Assembly: GCA_965218585.1 (NCBI GenBank)
Contig: CBDCLE010000002.1
Span: forward strand, 64,001 to 128,000
DNA: 64,000 bases
Reading direction: 5' to 3'
DNA from: Terriglobia bacterium
Lineage (GTDB): Bacteria > Acidobacteriota > Terriglobia > 20CM-2-55-15
The notes below the pieces were generated by a model that worked only from the letters and a program-made list of their open reading frames with translations, ran no database searches and was not told the DNA's origin. This document shows positions 21,626-32,329 of this stretch, piece by piece (position 1 is the first letter of the stretch; the number at the start of each line of letters is the position of its first letter). A program made the position numbers and the translations under genes.

Positions 21626-23212
21626 ATGCATTCTCGTCATTGGATCGCAGCCGCCGCGCTGTTGGTGACAGTTCACGTTCCGGGCATCGCCCAAGACAAC
21701 GCCCAACTGGATCAGCTGAAGACCGAGGTCGGCCAGCGGGTCGATGATATGGAAACCTTCACACAGCAGATGGTCGACATGATTTTCAGTTTTGGAGAAT
21801 TGGGTTTCCACGAAACCCGCACCTCGGCGTACCTCACGGACATCCTCGAGGAAAACGGCTTCGAGGTGGAGCGAGGCATTTCGGGTATGCCAACAGCATG
21901 GATGGCAACCTGGGGATCCGGATCGCCTGTGATAGCTCTCGGCAGCGACATCGATGGCATTCCCAAGGCATCCCAGAAACCTGGCGTCGCCTACCACGAC
22001 CCGATTGTCGAAGGGGCTCCGGGACACGGTGAGGGACACAACTCGGGACAGGCTGTCAACATCACCGCAGCCATCGCCGTCAAGGAAATCATGGAACGGG
22101 ACGGCATACAGGGCACGTTGAAGATCTGGCCGGGGGTTGCCGAAGAGCAGCTCGGCTCGAAAGCCTATTTCGTTCGTGACGGATTCTTCGAGGATGTCGA
22201 CATCGTCCTGTTTTCACACGTGAGCAATAACCTGTCCACCTCTTACGGCCCGACAGCCGGCAGCGGGCTGGTCTCGATCGAATTCAGTTTCCATGGAGAG
22301 GCTGCACACGGCGCAGGCGCGCCGTGGAGGGGTCGAAGCGCTCTGGATGCCGTGGAGCTTATGAACGTCGGCTGGAACTACCGCCGCGAACACATGCGCC
22401 TGCAGCAGCGATCGCATTACGTGATTTCCAACGGCGGGGATCAGCCCAATGTCGTACCCTCAGAGGCTTCGGTCTGGTACTACTTCCGTGAAACGACCTA
22501 CCCGCGTATCGCAGACATGCTCGAAGCGGGTCAGGCGATGGCCGCCGCCGCCGCGATGATGACGGGAACGGAAATGGAACACCGAATCCTGGGCTCGGCG
22601 TGGCCCGCTCATTTCAACAAGACCTTGGCCGAGACGATGCAGGAGAACATAGAGGCGGTCGGCTTACCCGAGTGGAGCGATGACGACCAGACGTTGGCCC
22701 GTGCTGTGCAGGCAGAATTGGGCAACGAGGAGCAACCGGGTCTGGCCACCAGCATCGGCCCGCTGCCCGAACCGATCATAGAGTCCCAGGGAGGTTTTTC
22801 CGACGACCTCGGGGATATTTCCTGGAACGTGCCGACGGTGACTCTCCGATTCCCGTCGAACATTCCGGGTCTGCCAGGACACCACTGGGCCAGCGCAGTG
22901 GCGATGGCAACGCCGATCGCGCACAAGGGAGCCACGGCTGGGGCCAAGGTTCAGGCAATGACCGTTCTCGACTTCCTTCTCCAACCCGACCTCGGAGATG
23001 AAGCCTGGGAATACTTCCGGGAAGTCCAGACGAAGGATACGACCTACACGCCTTTTATCGGCACCGAGGACACACCGGCCCTCCATCTGAACCGAGACAT
23101 CATGGAGCAGTTCGGCCCTCAGTTGGAAGAGCACTATTTTGACCCCACAAGGTACGACACGTACCTGGAACAACTAGGAATCGAGTATCCGACTGTTCGG
23201 GATTCGCGCTAA
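21626..23212 (+). CDS. M20 family amidohydrolase (AbgB-like), exported
   Basis: ELGFHE, GHGEGHN, GVAEE, GRSALDAVELM. Confidence 0.9.
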   Translation: MHSRHWIAAAALLVTVHVPGIAQDNAQLDQLKTEVGQRVDDMETFTQQMVDMIFSFGELGFHETRTSAYLTDILEENGFEVERGISGMPTAWMATWGSGSPVIALGSDIDGIPKASQKPGVAYHDPIVEGAPGHGEGHNSGQAVNITAAIAVKEIMERDGIQGTLKIWPGVAEEQLGSKAYFVRDGFFEDVDIVLFSHVSNNLSTSYGPTAGSGLVSIEFSFHGEAAHGAGAPWRGRSALDAVELMNVGWNYRREHMRLQQRSHYVISNGGDQPNVVPSEASVWYYFRETTYPRIADMLEAGQAMAAAAAMMTGTEMEHRILGSAWPAHFNKTLAETMQENIEAVGLPEWSDDDQTLARAVQAELGNEEQPGLATSIGPLPEPIIESQGGFSDDLGDISWNVPTVTLRFPSNIPGLPGHHWASAVAMATPIAHKGATAGAKVQAMTVLDFLLQPDLGDEAWEYFREVQTKDTTYTPFIGTEDTPALHLNRDIMEQFGPQLEEHYFDPTRYDTYLEQLGIEYPTVRDSR

Positions 23213-23221
23213 AGAGTTGGC

Positions 23222-23259
23222 CGCTGGGCTTTAAAATCGACCTTGTCGGAAGTTAAGAA
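23222..23259 (-). repeat. Degenerate outlying copy of the ~40-bp island site
   Basis: Reverse strand TTCTTAACTTCCGACAA-GGTCGA-TT; the left arm matches the 30785 copy at 15/17. Confidence 0.55.
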
Positions 23260-23343
23260 CAGGATCGATTTGCCCCTGTTTTTACCGAGGTGAATCTCGA
23301 TTTCGCCGTGCCAGGATTGGATTCCAAACGATTCGTTCCCCGG

Positions 23344-24342
23344 TTACCTGCTCAGGGATCCCTGCCCATCGATCCGATCGGCAAGATGTCCGACAGCGAT
23401 CGCGAAGAAGTGCGAGCGGTTCCAGCGAAGCAGGGCCCGGTAGTTCTGGTAGACGAGAAACGCGGGTTCGGAACCGTCGGAGGGGAGAATAACCGAACCC
23501 TCGATATCGACTGACGGGAGCGGGGTCCCGTCGATCCGGCGCACACCCAGCGCCTGCCATGCATCCAGCGGCATCGACGTGTCGAGACCAGCAAGGCTCG
23601 AATCGAACCCATCTGGCAGTTGGACCTGCCGGCCCCATATGTATCCGCGGCGCCAGGACCTCGACATGAAATTAGCCGCCGACTCCAGCGCGTCCGGAGT
23701 GCTCTGCCAGATATCGATCTGTCCGTCTCCATTGCCGTCTTCGGCAAAGTCAACGAAAGTCGATGGCATGAACTGGACCTGGCCCATAGCGCCGGCCCAC
23801 GAACCCTTCATGTCTTCCAGACCGATGTGGCCTTCATCGAGGATCCTCAGGGCCTGGATCAGCTCGCGGCGGAACATCGTGGCCCGGCGTGGGTCGTAAG
23901 CCAGTGTGGCCAGAGAATTGATCACGGAGAAACCACCCAGGTTCGAGCCGAAATTGCTTTCGATTCCCCAGACAGCCACCAGCATCGGCGCGGGGATTCC
24001 ATACCGGCCAGCAATATCGTCCAGCAGGTTCCGGTTTTCCGCGAGCAGCCGGCGGCCTCGCTCGATCCTTTCCTCGGAAGCGATCCGATCCAGATACGTC
24101 CAGAAATCCAACCGGACTTCCGGCTGATTCCGATCGAGTTCGATCACCCGTTCGACCGGCGTGATTTCACCGAGTGCAGTCTCCACTGTCGCCTCTGAAA
24201 TCCCAGCCTCAAGTGCCTCGGCACGGAGATCATTCAGCCACTGGGCGAAAGGCACTGACTGAGGGCCCTCAGATGTGGGGGATTCCAGACCTGGGGGAGT
24301 CATAGCCACCACAATTATCAAAGCAAGAGTTGCAACGTACAT
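23344..24342 (-). CDS. Lytic murein transglycosylase (MltB/SLT_2 family)
   Basis: AVWGIESNFG, GSWAGAMGQVQFMPS, DGNGDGQID, WNRS..FA. Confidence 0.92.
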   Translation of the reverse strand: MYVATLALIIVVAMTPPGLESPTSEGPQSVPFAQWLNDLRAEALEAGISEATVETALGEITPVERVIELDRNQPEVRLDFWTYLDRIASEERIERGRRLLAENRNLLDDIAGRYGIPAPMLVAVWGIESNFGSNLGGFSVINSLATLAYDPRRATMFRRELIQALRILDEGHIGLEDMKGSWAGAMGQVQFMPSTFVDFAEDGNGDGQIDIWQSTPDALESAANFMSRSWRRGYIWGRQVQLPDGFDSSLAGLDTSMPLDAWQALGVRRIDGTPLPSVDIEGSVILPSDGSEPAFLVYQNYRALLRWNRSHFFAIAVGHLADRIDGQGSLSR

Positions 24343-24469
24343 TGTTCAGCCCCGATTGTGCCCTTTGATAGATTACTTCAATAAATTACTTCACGGGATC
24401 CTAGCCGATCCCACATCCGAAACCGGTCCAACGTGCAGAATAGAATGACCACAGTTAAAGGTAAATAAA

Positions 24470-24546
24470 GGGACACACTACTCAATCACCGAATTAGTCT
24501 CTAGAATTCCTGTGGCTGAGAATTCGGTGATTGAGTAGTCTGTCCC
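24470..24546. repeat. 26-bp-arm inverted repeat (REP/MITE-like)
   Basis: GGGACACACTACTCAATCACCGAATT ... AATTCGGTGATTGAGTAGTCTGTCCC, 25/26 match. Confidence 0.8.
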
Positions 24547-24598
24547 CTTAATTGCACGGATCACGCATCATCGCCCCCTGTATTGAAAGGAGAACGCT

Positions 24599-25534
24599 AT
24601 GTCTTGTTTCTTCAGATCCTCTGTCCGTTTCCTTTGTTTCTTGATGCTGATCGGGTTGACCGCGTGCGGTCCTGCCCCGGAGACACCTGCTCCGGAACCC
24701 GAAGCCCAGCCCGCGGCGGACCCGTCAACGCCAATCTGGTCCGTTACCGAAGGTATCGACACACCCGAGAGCGTCTATGTCGATCCAGATTCCAATTCTA
24801 TTTTCGTATCGCAGATCGTGGGCGATCCGGGAGCGGCCGACGGGATAGGCCGGATCGTCCAGCTTGGCATGGACGGAACGCTTATCGACAGCGAATGGGC
24901 CTCCGGGCTCAATGCTCCGAAGGGGCTTCGCAGTGACGCCGGCGTTCTGTGGGTCGCCGACATGAGTACGGTCATCGGATTCGAGATCGCAACGGGCGAC
25001 GAGGTTGCCCGCATCGAAATCGACGGATCCCAGTTTCTGAACGACGTGGCTGTGGGCAGTGACGGTACGGTCTATGTGTCCGACTTTACGGCGAACCGGA
25101 TATACGGAATTCAGGATGGCAACGTGAGCGTTGTTGCTGAAGGAGAACAGCTGGAGTTTCCCAACGGATTGCTGGTCGAAGACGGTCGCCTCATCGTCGG
25201 AGGTTGGGGCGAACCTGCTGCAGACTTTTCAACAGAGGTGCCGGGCCGACTGTATGCGTTGGATCTGGAAACCGGAGAAAAGACGCTGATCACACCCGAG
25301 CCTTTCGCCAACATCGACGGTGTCGAGAGCGATGGTAGCGGCGGATATGTCATCACCAGCTACCTCGCCGGACAAATCCTGCATGTCACCCCCAGCGGTG
25401 CGGTCACTGAGGTGGCTGGGTTCGGTCCGGGAACGGCCGACCACGCGTTCGTTGCGGAGACCGGCACCGCGATCATCCCGCACATGAACGAGAACACGAT
25501 CTCCGCTTATGATCTTTCGGGCGTGTTGGACTAG
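24599..25534 (+). CDS. SMP-30/gluconolactonase-like beta-propeller lipoprotein
   Basis: Lipobox LTAC; PESV, LNAPKG, FLNDV, PNGL. Confidence 0.8.
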   Translation: MSCFFRSSVRFLCFLMLIGLTACGPAPETPAPEPEAQPAADPSTPIWSVTEGIDTPESVYVDPDSNSIFVSQIVGDPGAADGIGRIVQLGMDGTLIDSEWASGLNAPKGLRSDAGVLWVADMSTVIGFEIATGDEVARIEIDGSQFLNDVAVGSDGTVYVSDFTANRIYGIQDGNVSVVAEGEQLEFPNGLLVEDGRLIVGGWGEPAADFSTEVPGRLYALDLETGEKTLITPEPFANIDGVESDGSGGYVITSYLAGQILHVTPSGAVTEVAGFGPGTADHAFVAETGTAIIPHMNENTISAYDLSGVLD

Positions 25535-25550
25535 AGCGCGGCATGAAGAA

Positions 25551-25576
25551 AGCCCTCAGCCACGTGGCTGAGGGCT
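25551..25576. terminator. Terminator hairpin between convergent genes
   Basis: Perfect palindrome AGCCCTCAGCCACGTGGCTGAGGGCT. Confidence 0.7.
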
Positions 25577-25585
25577 CGCATCGCA

Positions 25586-26767
25586 TTAGCGTTGATCGGA
25601 AACAACGACGCCTTCCTTGATCGTCATCTTGACGTCCAGGTAGTTCCAGTAGCCTTCCAGCGGGTCTCCACCGAGAAGAACGATGTCGGCCAGTTTCCCT
25701 GTATCCAAGGTTCCAAGATCGTCACTCATGTCGACAAATGACGCCGAGCCTGGCCCCATCAGCTTGACGAGGTCCAGGGGGGAGAACATCAGGTTGAGCG
25801 ACCGTAATTCGTGCTGCAATGCTGATTTGGGCAGATACCCGGTGTCGGTGCCGTAACCATAGACAACGCCCGCATCCCAAAGCGTCCGCGCGTTCACAGC
25901 CTTCTCGCCTGCGGCGTTGGAACCGGTCCCAAGGATTTCCTCCGGCCACCGGCTGCCGTCCCGGAAGGTGGGGACGTTGTCGTTGTTGAAGACATCGAAC
26001 AGCGGAACGGCAAACCCGATGGTCGAGGAATTCTCGATTCCGGCGTCGGCCACGGCCTGCGCCTCTTCCGGAGTCATGAAGCTGTCGTGCGGCGTGTGGA
26101 CGAGCTTGTCGGTGCCGGCTGCCACCGCCGCGTTCATCGCAGGAACCGTCACCGCGTGGGTCATAACCTGGAGGTCAACCTGGTGCGCCTCTTCCACCAG
26201 AGCCGCAAGGACCTCCCTTTCCGTACCGGCCTCGGTCAGGTTGATGCTGGTCTTGATAATGTCAACGCCTGCGGCCGCCGCCGCTCGAACCTGCTCCCGG
26301 GCTTCATCCGCCGTACCGTTCGTGTTCGCCCGCGCGGATGTGATGATTCGCGGGCCAATCAATTCGCCGCTCTCCACCCTGCTCTTCAAGTCCGTGATTC
26401 CCGGAGGACGTCCCCCGCCTTCCATGAGCGTGGTAAACCCGGCGTCGAGAAACTCTTGCATGCTTACCGCCGCCCCGCTATCAAACCACTCGTCCGCCGG
26501 CCCACGGATGATGTGACGATGGCCGTCGATGAAAGCCGGCATCGCGGTCATTCCCTCGGCATCGATTTCTTCCAATCCCTCTGCCGTGGCTCCGGCACCG
26601 ACTGAAGCGATCCGGCCGTCCCGGATCACGATGTTGCCACGCTCGATTACTCCGTTTACATCCAAGATCCGGGCATTCCGGATCAACAGGTCCTGCGCTT
26701 CCAGATTCTCGGCAACGCCCAGGCTCATCAGAAAAGCCAGGCAGACAAAAACAAGCAGTCGTTTCAT
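25586..26767 (-). CDS. Metal-dependent amidohydrolase family protein, exported
   Basis: MPAFIDGHRH, THA, LVH, YGTD, GKLADIV. Confidence 0.88.
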   Translation of the reverse strand: MKRLLVFVCLAFLMSLGVAENLEAQDLLIRNARILDVNGVIERGNIVIRDGRIASVGAGATAEGLEEIDAEGMTAMPAFIDGHRHIIRGPADEWFDSGAAVSMQEFLDAGFTTLMEGGGRPPGITDLKSRVESGELIGPRIITSARANTNGTADEAREQVRAAAAAGVDIIKTSINLTEAGTEREVLAALVEEAHQVDLQVMTHAVTVPAMNAAVAAGTDKLVHTPHDSFMTPEEAQAVADAGIENSSTIGFAVPLFDVFNNDNVPTFRDGSRWPEEILGTGSNAAGEKAVNARTLWDAGVVYGYGTDTGYLPKSALQHELRSLNLMFSPLDLVKLMGPGSASFVDMSDDLGTLDTGKLADIVLLGGDPLEGYWNYLDVKMTIKEGVVVSDQR

Positions 26768-26902
26768 TCCTCTCGTCCTCCTGATCAGATGCGCAGATGA
26801 TACCGCAACCCAATGCGATTTGCTCGTGCTGGACAACCCGAGCAGGCAAGCGGTCTGATGCCTCAGACAGGAGTTGAAATGTCTTGACGAAAGATCCAAT
26901 AG

Positions 26903-28370
26903 TACTACTATGTTACAAACGAAGCGGTCCACAGAACGGACAACGAGGAAGCTGCTGAATCAGGAAGCGGGCGATGCGAATGCGAAGCGTGGCAATCGAG
27001 CAGGGGTTATGTCGTTCGGGCCGGATCCGGGGTTCCGCGGGGTTTGAAGTGTTTGGGGAGTTTGGGGACGGATAGTCCAACATGCTCGACAAATGCAGAG
27101 GGGGAAAAACGGCTCCGCTCGGCGACCAGGAACCCATAAGAGGCAATACATAAGGTGCCATGATGGTGAAATCCACGCCAGCCGCGACCTTCGTAGTGTC
27201 CCAGACCGAGTTCCTGCTTGAGTTCCTGATAGTCGCGTTCGATGATCCAGCGCTGTTTGGCCTGACCGGCCAGATCGGAAAGCGAGGTATGGGCCCCAAG
27301 AGTGGAGAGCCAGTACCGGATCGGTTCGGATGCGGTCTTGGGCCACTCGACCAACAACCACTCTTTCGGATGCGGCGAGTGGCGCTCGTGATCCAGATGA
27401 GCGGGACGAATGCGAACTGCGGCGAAACGGGAACGCAGGGTCTCGGAGGTGCCTTCGCGCCAGGAGACGTTCTTCCAACGCTGGGGAGACAACGAGAGGG
27501 CCAGTTGCTTGACCGAAACCGGTTGATGTTTCTTGTTGCGCTGCATGCGGGTCGGTGTCCGTCCGCGGCCGGTCAAGGATTTCGGCGGCAAGGGACCCTG
27601 GCCCGGTTTCCACACGGTCGTGGTGCCTTGCACCCCTAGGACGTAGCTAAGTCCGAGTTCGGTGATGCCGTGCCGGAACTTGTAGTTGTTGCCGTAGGCC
27701 GTATCGCCCAGAACCGGTGCCGGAGCAATGCCGTCATCGACGGCCTGCCGGATTTGTTCCAAAGCAATTTGAGGTTTAGTTTGAAATCGAACGTCTTCGG
27801 GAATAGCGGCTTTGCTTCGACGTTCCGGATCCTTCGCCCAGGTCTCGGGGAGGTAGAGTCGCCATGCCACCGGCAAGCTGGATTTCGCTGTCGCCACCGA
27901 CAGGCTCACCGCCACCCGGCAGTTCTCAGGTTTGCCGACCTGTCCACAGTATTGCCGGGCCACACCCACCGAGTGGGTCCCCTTTTTCACGAATCCGGTG
28001 TCGTCGACAATCCAGGCTTCAATCGGACCGTTGGCTTCCATCGCCCCCAGCGCGTACTGTCGAACTTCTGCCAACAGAGCCGCATCGTCCCAGGGCGCAT
28101 CCGCGACCAGATGATGTAGCGACTGGTGCATTCGGCGTACATTATCCGGAGCCAATCGTGCAGCCATCGGCTCCACACTCTTACGTTTGATCGGCAGCAA
28201 CAACCCGGTGCAGTACGACTTCAACGGTTCATGACGATCGGCGTGTCCTGCGGCCGACGCCAGGCGTTCCAAATAGGCCGCAAAACGTTTTTCCTGAGTG
28301 CCTGGCGCCTTCGATTTGGCGCTCATGACCGGATGCTAACATAAAATAGGCCGCTTGTAACACAGTAGTA
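26903..28370 (-). mobile_element. IS701-family element
   Basis: TIRs TACTACT(A/G)TGTTACAA(A/G)CG 17/19; flanked by ATAG / GTAG. Confidence 0.85.
27007..28326 (-). CDS. IS701-family transposase
   Basis: IVDDTGFVKKG.HSVGVARQYCG, LGDTAYG, RWIIERDYQELKQELGLGHYEGRGWRGFHHH. Confidence 0.93.
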   Translation of the reverse strand: MSAKSKAPGTQEKRFAAYLERLASAAGHADRHEPLKSYCTGLLLPIKRKSVEPMAARLAPDNVRRMHQSLHHLVADAPWDDAALLAEVRQYALGAMEANGPIEAWIVDDTGFVKKGTHSVGVARQYCGQVGKPENCRVAVSLSVATAKSSLPVAWRLYLPETWAKDPERRSKAAIPEDVRFQTKPQIALEQIRQAVDDGIAPAPVLGDTAYGNNYKFRHGITELGLSYVLGVQGTTTVWKPGQGPLPPKSLTGRGRTPTRMQRNKKHQPVSVKQLALSLSPQRWKNVSWREGTSETLRSRFAAVRIRPAHLDHERHSPHPKEWLLVEWPKTASEPIRYWLSTLGAHTSLSDLAGQAKQRWIIERDYQELKQELGLGHYEGRGWRGFHHHGTLCIASYGFLVAERSRFSPSAFVEHVGLSVPKLPKHFKPRGTPDPARTT

Positions 28371-28558
28371 GTAGCGGATCACGTCAATTTATATGCGGAG
28401 GACGCCAAGGTTCAAGGAGGAGCGTACCACCACCCGATGGGACCTGCCACAGGCCACTATTCACAGCGTTCCAGAAGATTATCGTGCTGTCAGCACCATT
28501 AACGGTTAATATTCGCGTCAATGCACAAGCGAATCGCGGACTTAGGGGGAGACAGTTG

Positions 28559-28966
28559 ATGGCCAAACGACTCTTTAGCTTACTAAGCGCAGTCCTACTC
28601 ATTTCCTGCTGCGCCGACGCTCATCACTCCTGGACCTTTGGCTACCAGGCCGGCGATATCGTCGAAGTGGAGGGCGTGGTCAAGGAGATCTGGTTCGCAA
28701 GTCCCCATGCCCGCATCAGGGTAGAGATGACCAACGAGGCGGGCGAGGCGGAGCTCTGGGAGGGGGAAACCTGGCCTGCCAGCGTGCTCATCCGCCGAGG
28801 CTGGACCTACGACAAGATAGCGGTTGGTGACACGATCGTGATCGTCGGCGAACGAGCCAGAGGTGGCCGGCTCGGCCTGCACATCCAGACAATAGCGAGA
28901 CCCTCCGACGGCTGGGAAGCGTTTGTGGGCCTTGGCTCACCCAACAATTTCTCCCTGGGGAATTAG
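28559..28966 (+). CDS. DUF6152-like exported protein (HHS mature N-terminus)
   Basis: Signal peptide then HHS; SPH; W..E. Confidence 0.75.
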   Translation: MAKRLFSLLSAVLLISCCADAHHSWTFGYQAGDIVEVEGVVKEIWFASPHARIRVEMTNEAGEAELWEGETWPASVLIRRGWTYDKIAVGDTIVIVGERARGGRLGLHIQTIARPSDGWEAFVGLGSPNNFSLGN

Positions 28967-28968
28967 CC

Positions 28969-29664
28969 ATGGATTTCCCAACGACTCTGACAACCGGAGC
29001 CCTCATGGCACTCTTCATACTCTCCGGATTCCAGGCAGAAGGGCAGACGAATCAAGGACCAGAGGACGCGATTGTGCCCGATCTAAGTGGAATCTGGGTG
29101 GCGGCGCCCGGTCGAAATCACGGCCGCAGTGGCTTCCTCTCCATGGAACTTCCATTTTCCGACGCTGGTCGGGCCGCCTGGCAGGACTACGTCCAGGACA
29201 CTGACCCGGCTATGGGTTGCTCGATCGATTACGGACGAGTAACCGGCACATCGTTCTTCCCGATGGAAATCCTGCAAGGAGAGGACGTCGTGCATATTTT
29301 GTTTGAGTACGATCACCAGGTGCGCCGCGTTTACATCGACGGGGTGAACCAGCCCCCGGGACAGCCGCCGAGCCGCATGGGGCTGTCGGTGGGTCGTTGG
29401 GAAGGAGATACGCTCATAGTGGAGGTCACTCACCTGATGAGCGGCTATTTTTACGAGCGCGGTTTTGGACCCTATTCCGATGATACCCAGATCACGGAGC
29501 GATTCTCTATCAGTGAAGATGGTCAATTGCTCACGGTGACGCGAACCATCAACGACACAACGTTTTTCACTCGACCCTTTGATTGGACGACGGAACATGT
29601 GCCAGGGGAGTACATCTACCCGTACGAATGCGAACTTCGTGACTACTTGCCCGCGCCGGAATAG
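28969..29664 (+). CDS. DUF6152-partner exported protein
   Basis: DLSGIW, DP...C, RRVYIDG, GLSVGRWEGDTLIVE, YEC. Confidence 0.75.
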   Translation: MDFPTTLTTGALMALFILSGFQAEGQTNQGPEDAIVPDLSGIWVAAPGRNHGRSGFLSMELPFSDAGRAAWQDYVQDTDPAMGCSIDYGRVTGTSFFPMEILQGEDVVHILFEYDHQVRRVYIDGVNQPPGQPPSRMGLSVGRWEGDTLIVEVTHLMSGYFYERGFGPYSDDTQITERFSISEDGQLLTVTRTINDTTFFTRPFDWTTEHVPGEYIYPYECELRDYLPAPE

Positions 29665-29730
29665 TACGGCCGTGGCGCCTTCGGTCCCCGGAATCGGCAT
29701 TTTTCTTTGTCGAAAGTTGCCCTCAGTACT

Positions 29731-30747
29731 TCACTCCACATCGCACTCATATGGTCGAATTTCTGTGCCCGGCACCCAACTCCAGGCTGCATCCCATATC
29801 GCAGGTTCAACAAGATTCGGCGGGTCGGTGACTGAGACTTTGTAGTTAAGGCGACTTCCGTCTTCGCTGACGGTGAATCGCTCGACCATCTCCACCTGAT
29901 CGCTCATCGGCGTACCCCCATCGTCCAGGTACGGAAAATCGATTCGTGCTGTTTCGATCAGTAACGTATTCCCTTCAAAGCGCCCGACCGAATAGCCAAG
30001 TGGACTTGTGGGCGCATCGGCGGGAATTCCCCTTGAGGTCATGTCGATCATCCGAGTGGCCTCCCACTCCTCTATCTCCAGGCGAATCTGGTCTCCCTCG
30101 TCGATGAACTCAATGGGATATGGGTTGAGTATTGCATTCGGCATGCCCGGCGCAATGCAGCGAAGCGCCAGCATGTCGGTTGAAGGATCCCAGGTTGATC
30201 TTGCGGCCTCGGCGGGAGGTGTTAACACGAACGGCATTCTAGGCCGGTACAGCGCGCCAAAACTCCAGACCCGAAATATGCTTCGCCCCAGGTCAGTATC
30301 AGTCAGGTCAGTGGTACGAATCGCTCGTTCCTCAGTCCATCTCAATGGAAAATCAATATCTGTCAAAATCGTCTCTTCCCCGTTGGGCAGGAGGATGTTG
30401 ATCGCAAATAGCTCTCGACGTCCACGTCTGGAAGGCCATCCCGCGACCCTGACCCGATCACCCACTCGGATACCTTCTCGGGTCAACCCTCTTCGTGCCG
30501 CCGCGTTCACAGAGTCGCCTTCCAGTTCCCATACCTCTTGCTCACCGGTGTCGTTTTCAACCATAAGCCTCAGCCCGAGGTGAGGATTTCTCCAGCGTAT
30601 TGCCGAAATCACTCCCTCCAATTCCGAGAAGGTATTCTGGTCATAGGGGGTAATTGAATGATGGGCGATCGCTGCATCGGCCTCTAAAAGAATCAAACCA
30701 ACTACGACAAAGCTCAAGCACCGTCTAAAAACGTGCTCCTGCATCAT
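29731..30747 (-). CDS. DUF6152 plus partner-domain fusion protein
   Basis: AHHS..NPH..WELE N-domain fused to GYSVGRFEGNTLLIET..YEC domain. Confidence 0.8.
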   Translation of the reverse strand: MMQEHVFRRCLSFVVVGLILLEADAAIAHHSITPYDQNTFSELEGVISAIRWRNPHLGLRLMVENDTGEQEVWELEGDSVNAAARRGLTREGIRVGDRVRVAGWPSRRGRRELFAINILLPNGEETILTDIDFPLRWTEERAIRTTDLTDTDLGRSIFRVWSFGALYRPRMPFVLTPPAEAARSTWDPSTDMLALRCIAPGMPNAILNPYPIEFIDEGDQIRLEIEEWEATRMIDMTSRGIPADAPTSPLGYSVGRFEGNTLLIETARIDFPYLDDGGTPMSDQVEMVERFTVSEDGSRLNYKVSVTDPPNLVEPAIWDAAWSWVPGTEIRPYECDVE

Positions 30748-30784
30748 GATCTCCTCCTACTAATGTCCTCAGCAATTTGCCCAA

Positions 30785-30824
30785 TTCTTAACTTCCGGGA
30801 AGATGATTTAACGGGCGTTGAGAA
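30785..30824 (+). repeat. Island site A
   Basis: TTCTTAACTTCCGGGAA-GATGAT-TTAACGGGCGTTGAGAA. Confidence 0.85.
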
Positions 30825-30880
30825 TGAATTTCAGGACGGCTGAGGCTAGAAATTGTCTGCCGACCCTCGCCCAGCACCCC

Positions 30881-31483
30881 TTACGCAGTCGCGTGAATCG
30901 TTTTGACGACGTCCAGATAGACGTGTTGCACGTCCTGTAGCTCGAAACCGGCCGCTTGCACGTTGTCGACCGTCGGGCGGTTCATGTCGGGTCCGATCAC
31001 GCGCGTGATCAGCGTCATCAGGTTCAGCATCAGCTTGAACGGGTAGTACCGGCTGCCGGTGTGCTCGAACATGTATAGATCGCCGCCCGGCTTCAACACC
31101 TTGCGCAGTGCTTCGAGCCCTTTGATGGGGATCGGCACCGAGCAGAATGTGCAAGACGTGAACACCTGGTCGAAGTGACCGTCTTCGAACGGCAGGTCGA
31201 GCACATCCATCTGCTCCACCGTTAGATCACCCTGGTACTGGCCGACACGCTCTGCGGCCTGGTCGAGCATCTTCTGGCTGATGTCGATGCCGAGGATCGT
31301 CTTGCCGCTCGGAAAGAACTGCACGTCGAGCCCCGTGCCGACGGCGAGAAACAAGATGTTGCCGCTGCCCATGTTGTCGAAGAGCGCTTCTTTGTACGGA
31401 CCCCATCGTTTCTCCGGGCCGTAGGAGGCCATCAGATCGAAGTTGGGCGCCGCGCGGTCCCACTTTTTTTGCGTTACGAGGTC
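30881..31483 (-). CDS. Class I SAM-dependent methyltransferase; start probably clipped by the IS256 remnant
   Basis: LAVGTG, GIDIS, FCSVP, LKPGG; the frame extends upstream of Met 31432 as DLVTQKKWDRAA without an ATG. Confidence 0.75.
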   Translation of the reverse strand, partial: DLVTQKKWDRAAPNFDLMASYGPEKRWGPYKEALFDNMGSGNILFLAVGTGLDVQFFPSGKTILGIDISQKMLDQAAERVGQYQGDLTVEQMDVLDLPFEDGHFDQVFTSCTFCSVPIPIKGLEALRKVLKPGGDLYMFEHTGSRYYPFKLMLNLMTLITRVIGPDMNRPTVDNVQAAGFELQDVQHVYLDVVKTIHATA

Positions 31484-31902
31484 GTTTTCCGAATGTAGGG
31501 AGGTACCAGGGCCGACCGGAACGTTACCGGGTCGCCAGTCTTCGCTCGGACTTTCGGGATCTGGACCGTTACCGGCCCCAAACCGGTCTGCAGTTCACGT
31601 TCAGGCAGATAACCGTTGCGCACCACCCCGGCGTTGCCCGTCTCGGTTCTCCGATCGCCGTGGTGGGATAGCAGTTCCGCCAATTCGGTTTCCACCGCGC
31701 GTTGGATCAGTTGCTGAGCTCCAACTCGTAGTAGCTCTGTTATCGGATCCTCAATCGTCTCTCGACCCTCCGGTCCATTCACGTTACTCTTGCTCATAGT
31801 GGCGTATCTCCCTTGGTTGCTTTGAAGTCTGGTAAACAACAAATCAACCAGATACGCCGCTCTTCCTCAATCCCTTAAACACCAGATTCGGTTATAACTC
31901 TC
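31474..31902 (-). mobile_element. Truncated IS256-family remnant (one end plus transposase N-terminus)
   Basis: RNGYLPERELQTGLGPVTVQIPKVR..SALVPPY; end-like sequence GAGAGTTATAACCGAATCTGGTGT. Confidence 0.8.
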
Positions 31903-32078
31903 AGGTACATTGTCGCGAACAAAACCAGATAGATGAACGCTTCACGCGCTTCTGACCTTCGCGGTTTTGGAACCGGGATCCCGTACGGGCTCTCACCGTA
32001 GCCCGCTAGGGCCTGTCGGACCTGCGGTTCCCCCCAGCCAGCGTCAAGCAGAACACTCCGGATTTCTTTTTCGTCCAT
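31903..32078 (-). pseudogene. N-terminal fragment of a DUF5671-like membrane protein
   Basis: LLDAGW..PVPKP..AREAFIYLVLF, cut by the IS256 remnant. Confidence 0.5.
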
Positions 32079-32130
32079 AACCAGCCATATGAGTTACCCC
32101 GTTGGTCGTGTAGGAATTATTCGCAAGAAA

Positions 32131-32170
32131 AGTCTCAAATCCTCGCAAACGACATTGTCGGACTTTGAAA
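32131..32170 (-). repeat. Island site B1 (inverted)
   Basis: Reverse strand TTTCAAAGTCCGACAA-TGTCGT-TTGCGAGGATTTGAGACT; ~57 bp nearly identical to 47661-47717. Confidence 0.85.
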
Positions 32171-32190
32171 AAAGGCCTAAAAACGGGGGT

Positions 32191-32226
32191 TTTCAAGGTC
32201 CGAGAACAGGATCTGATAGGGTCGAG
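32191..32226 (+). repeat. Island site B2 (degenerate right arm)
   Basis: TTTCAAGGTCCGAGAA-CAGGAT-CTGATAGGGTCGAG. Confidence 0.6.
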
Positions 32227-32329
32227 CACTGGTGAGGTGACCCGTAGGCAACTCCTTGGTTGTATCCGGCGCGTACTGACCCATCCACGAAAGCGGGGCG
32301 ACTTCAATGATACTTTGGTGAGTGGGCTG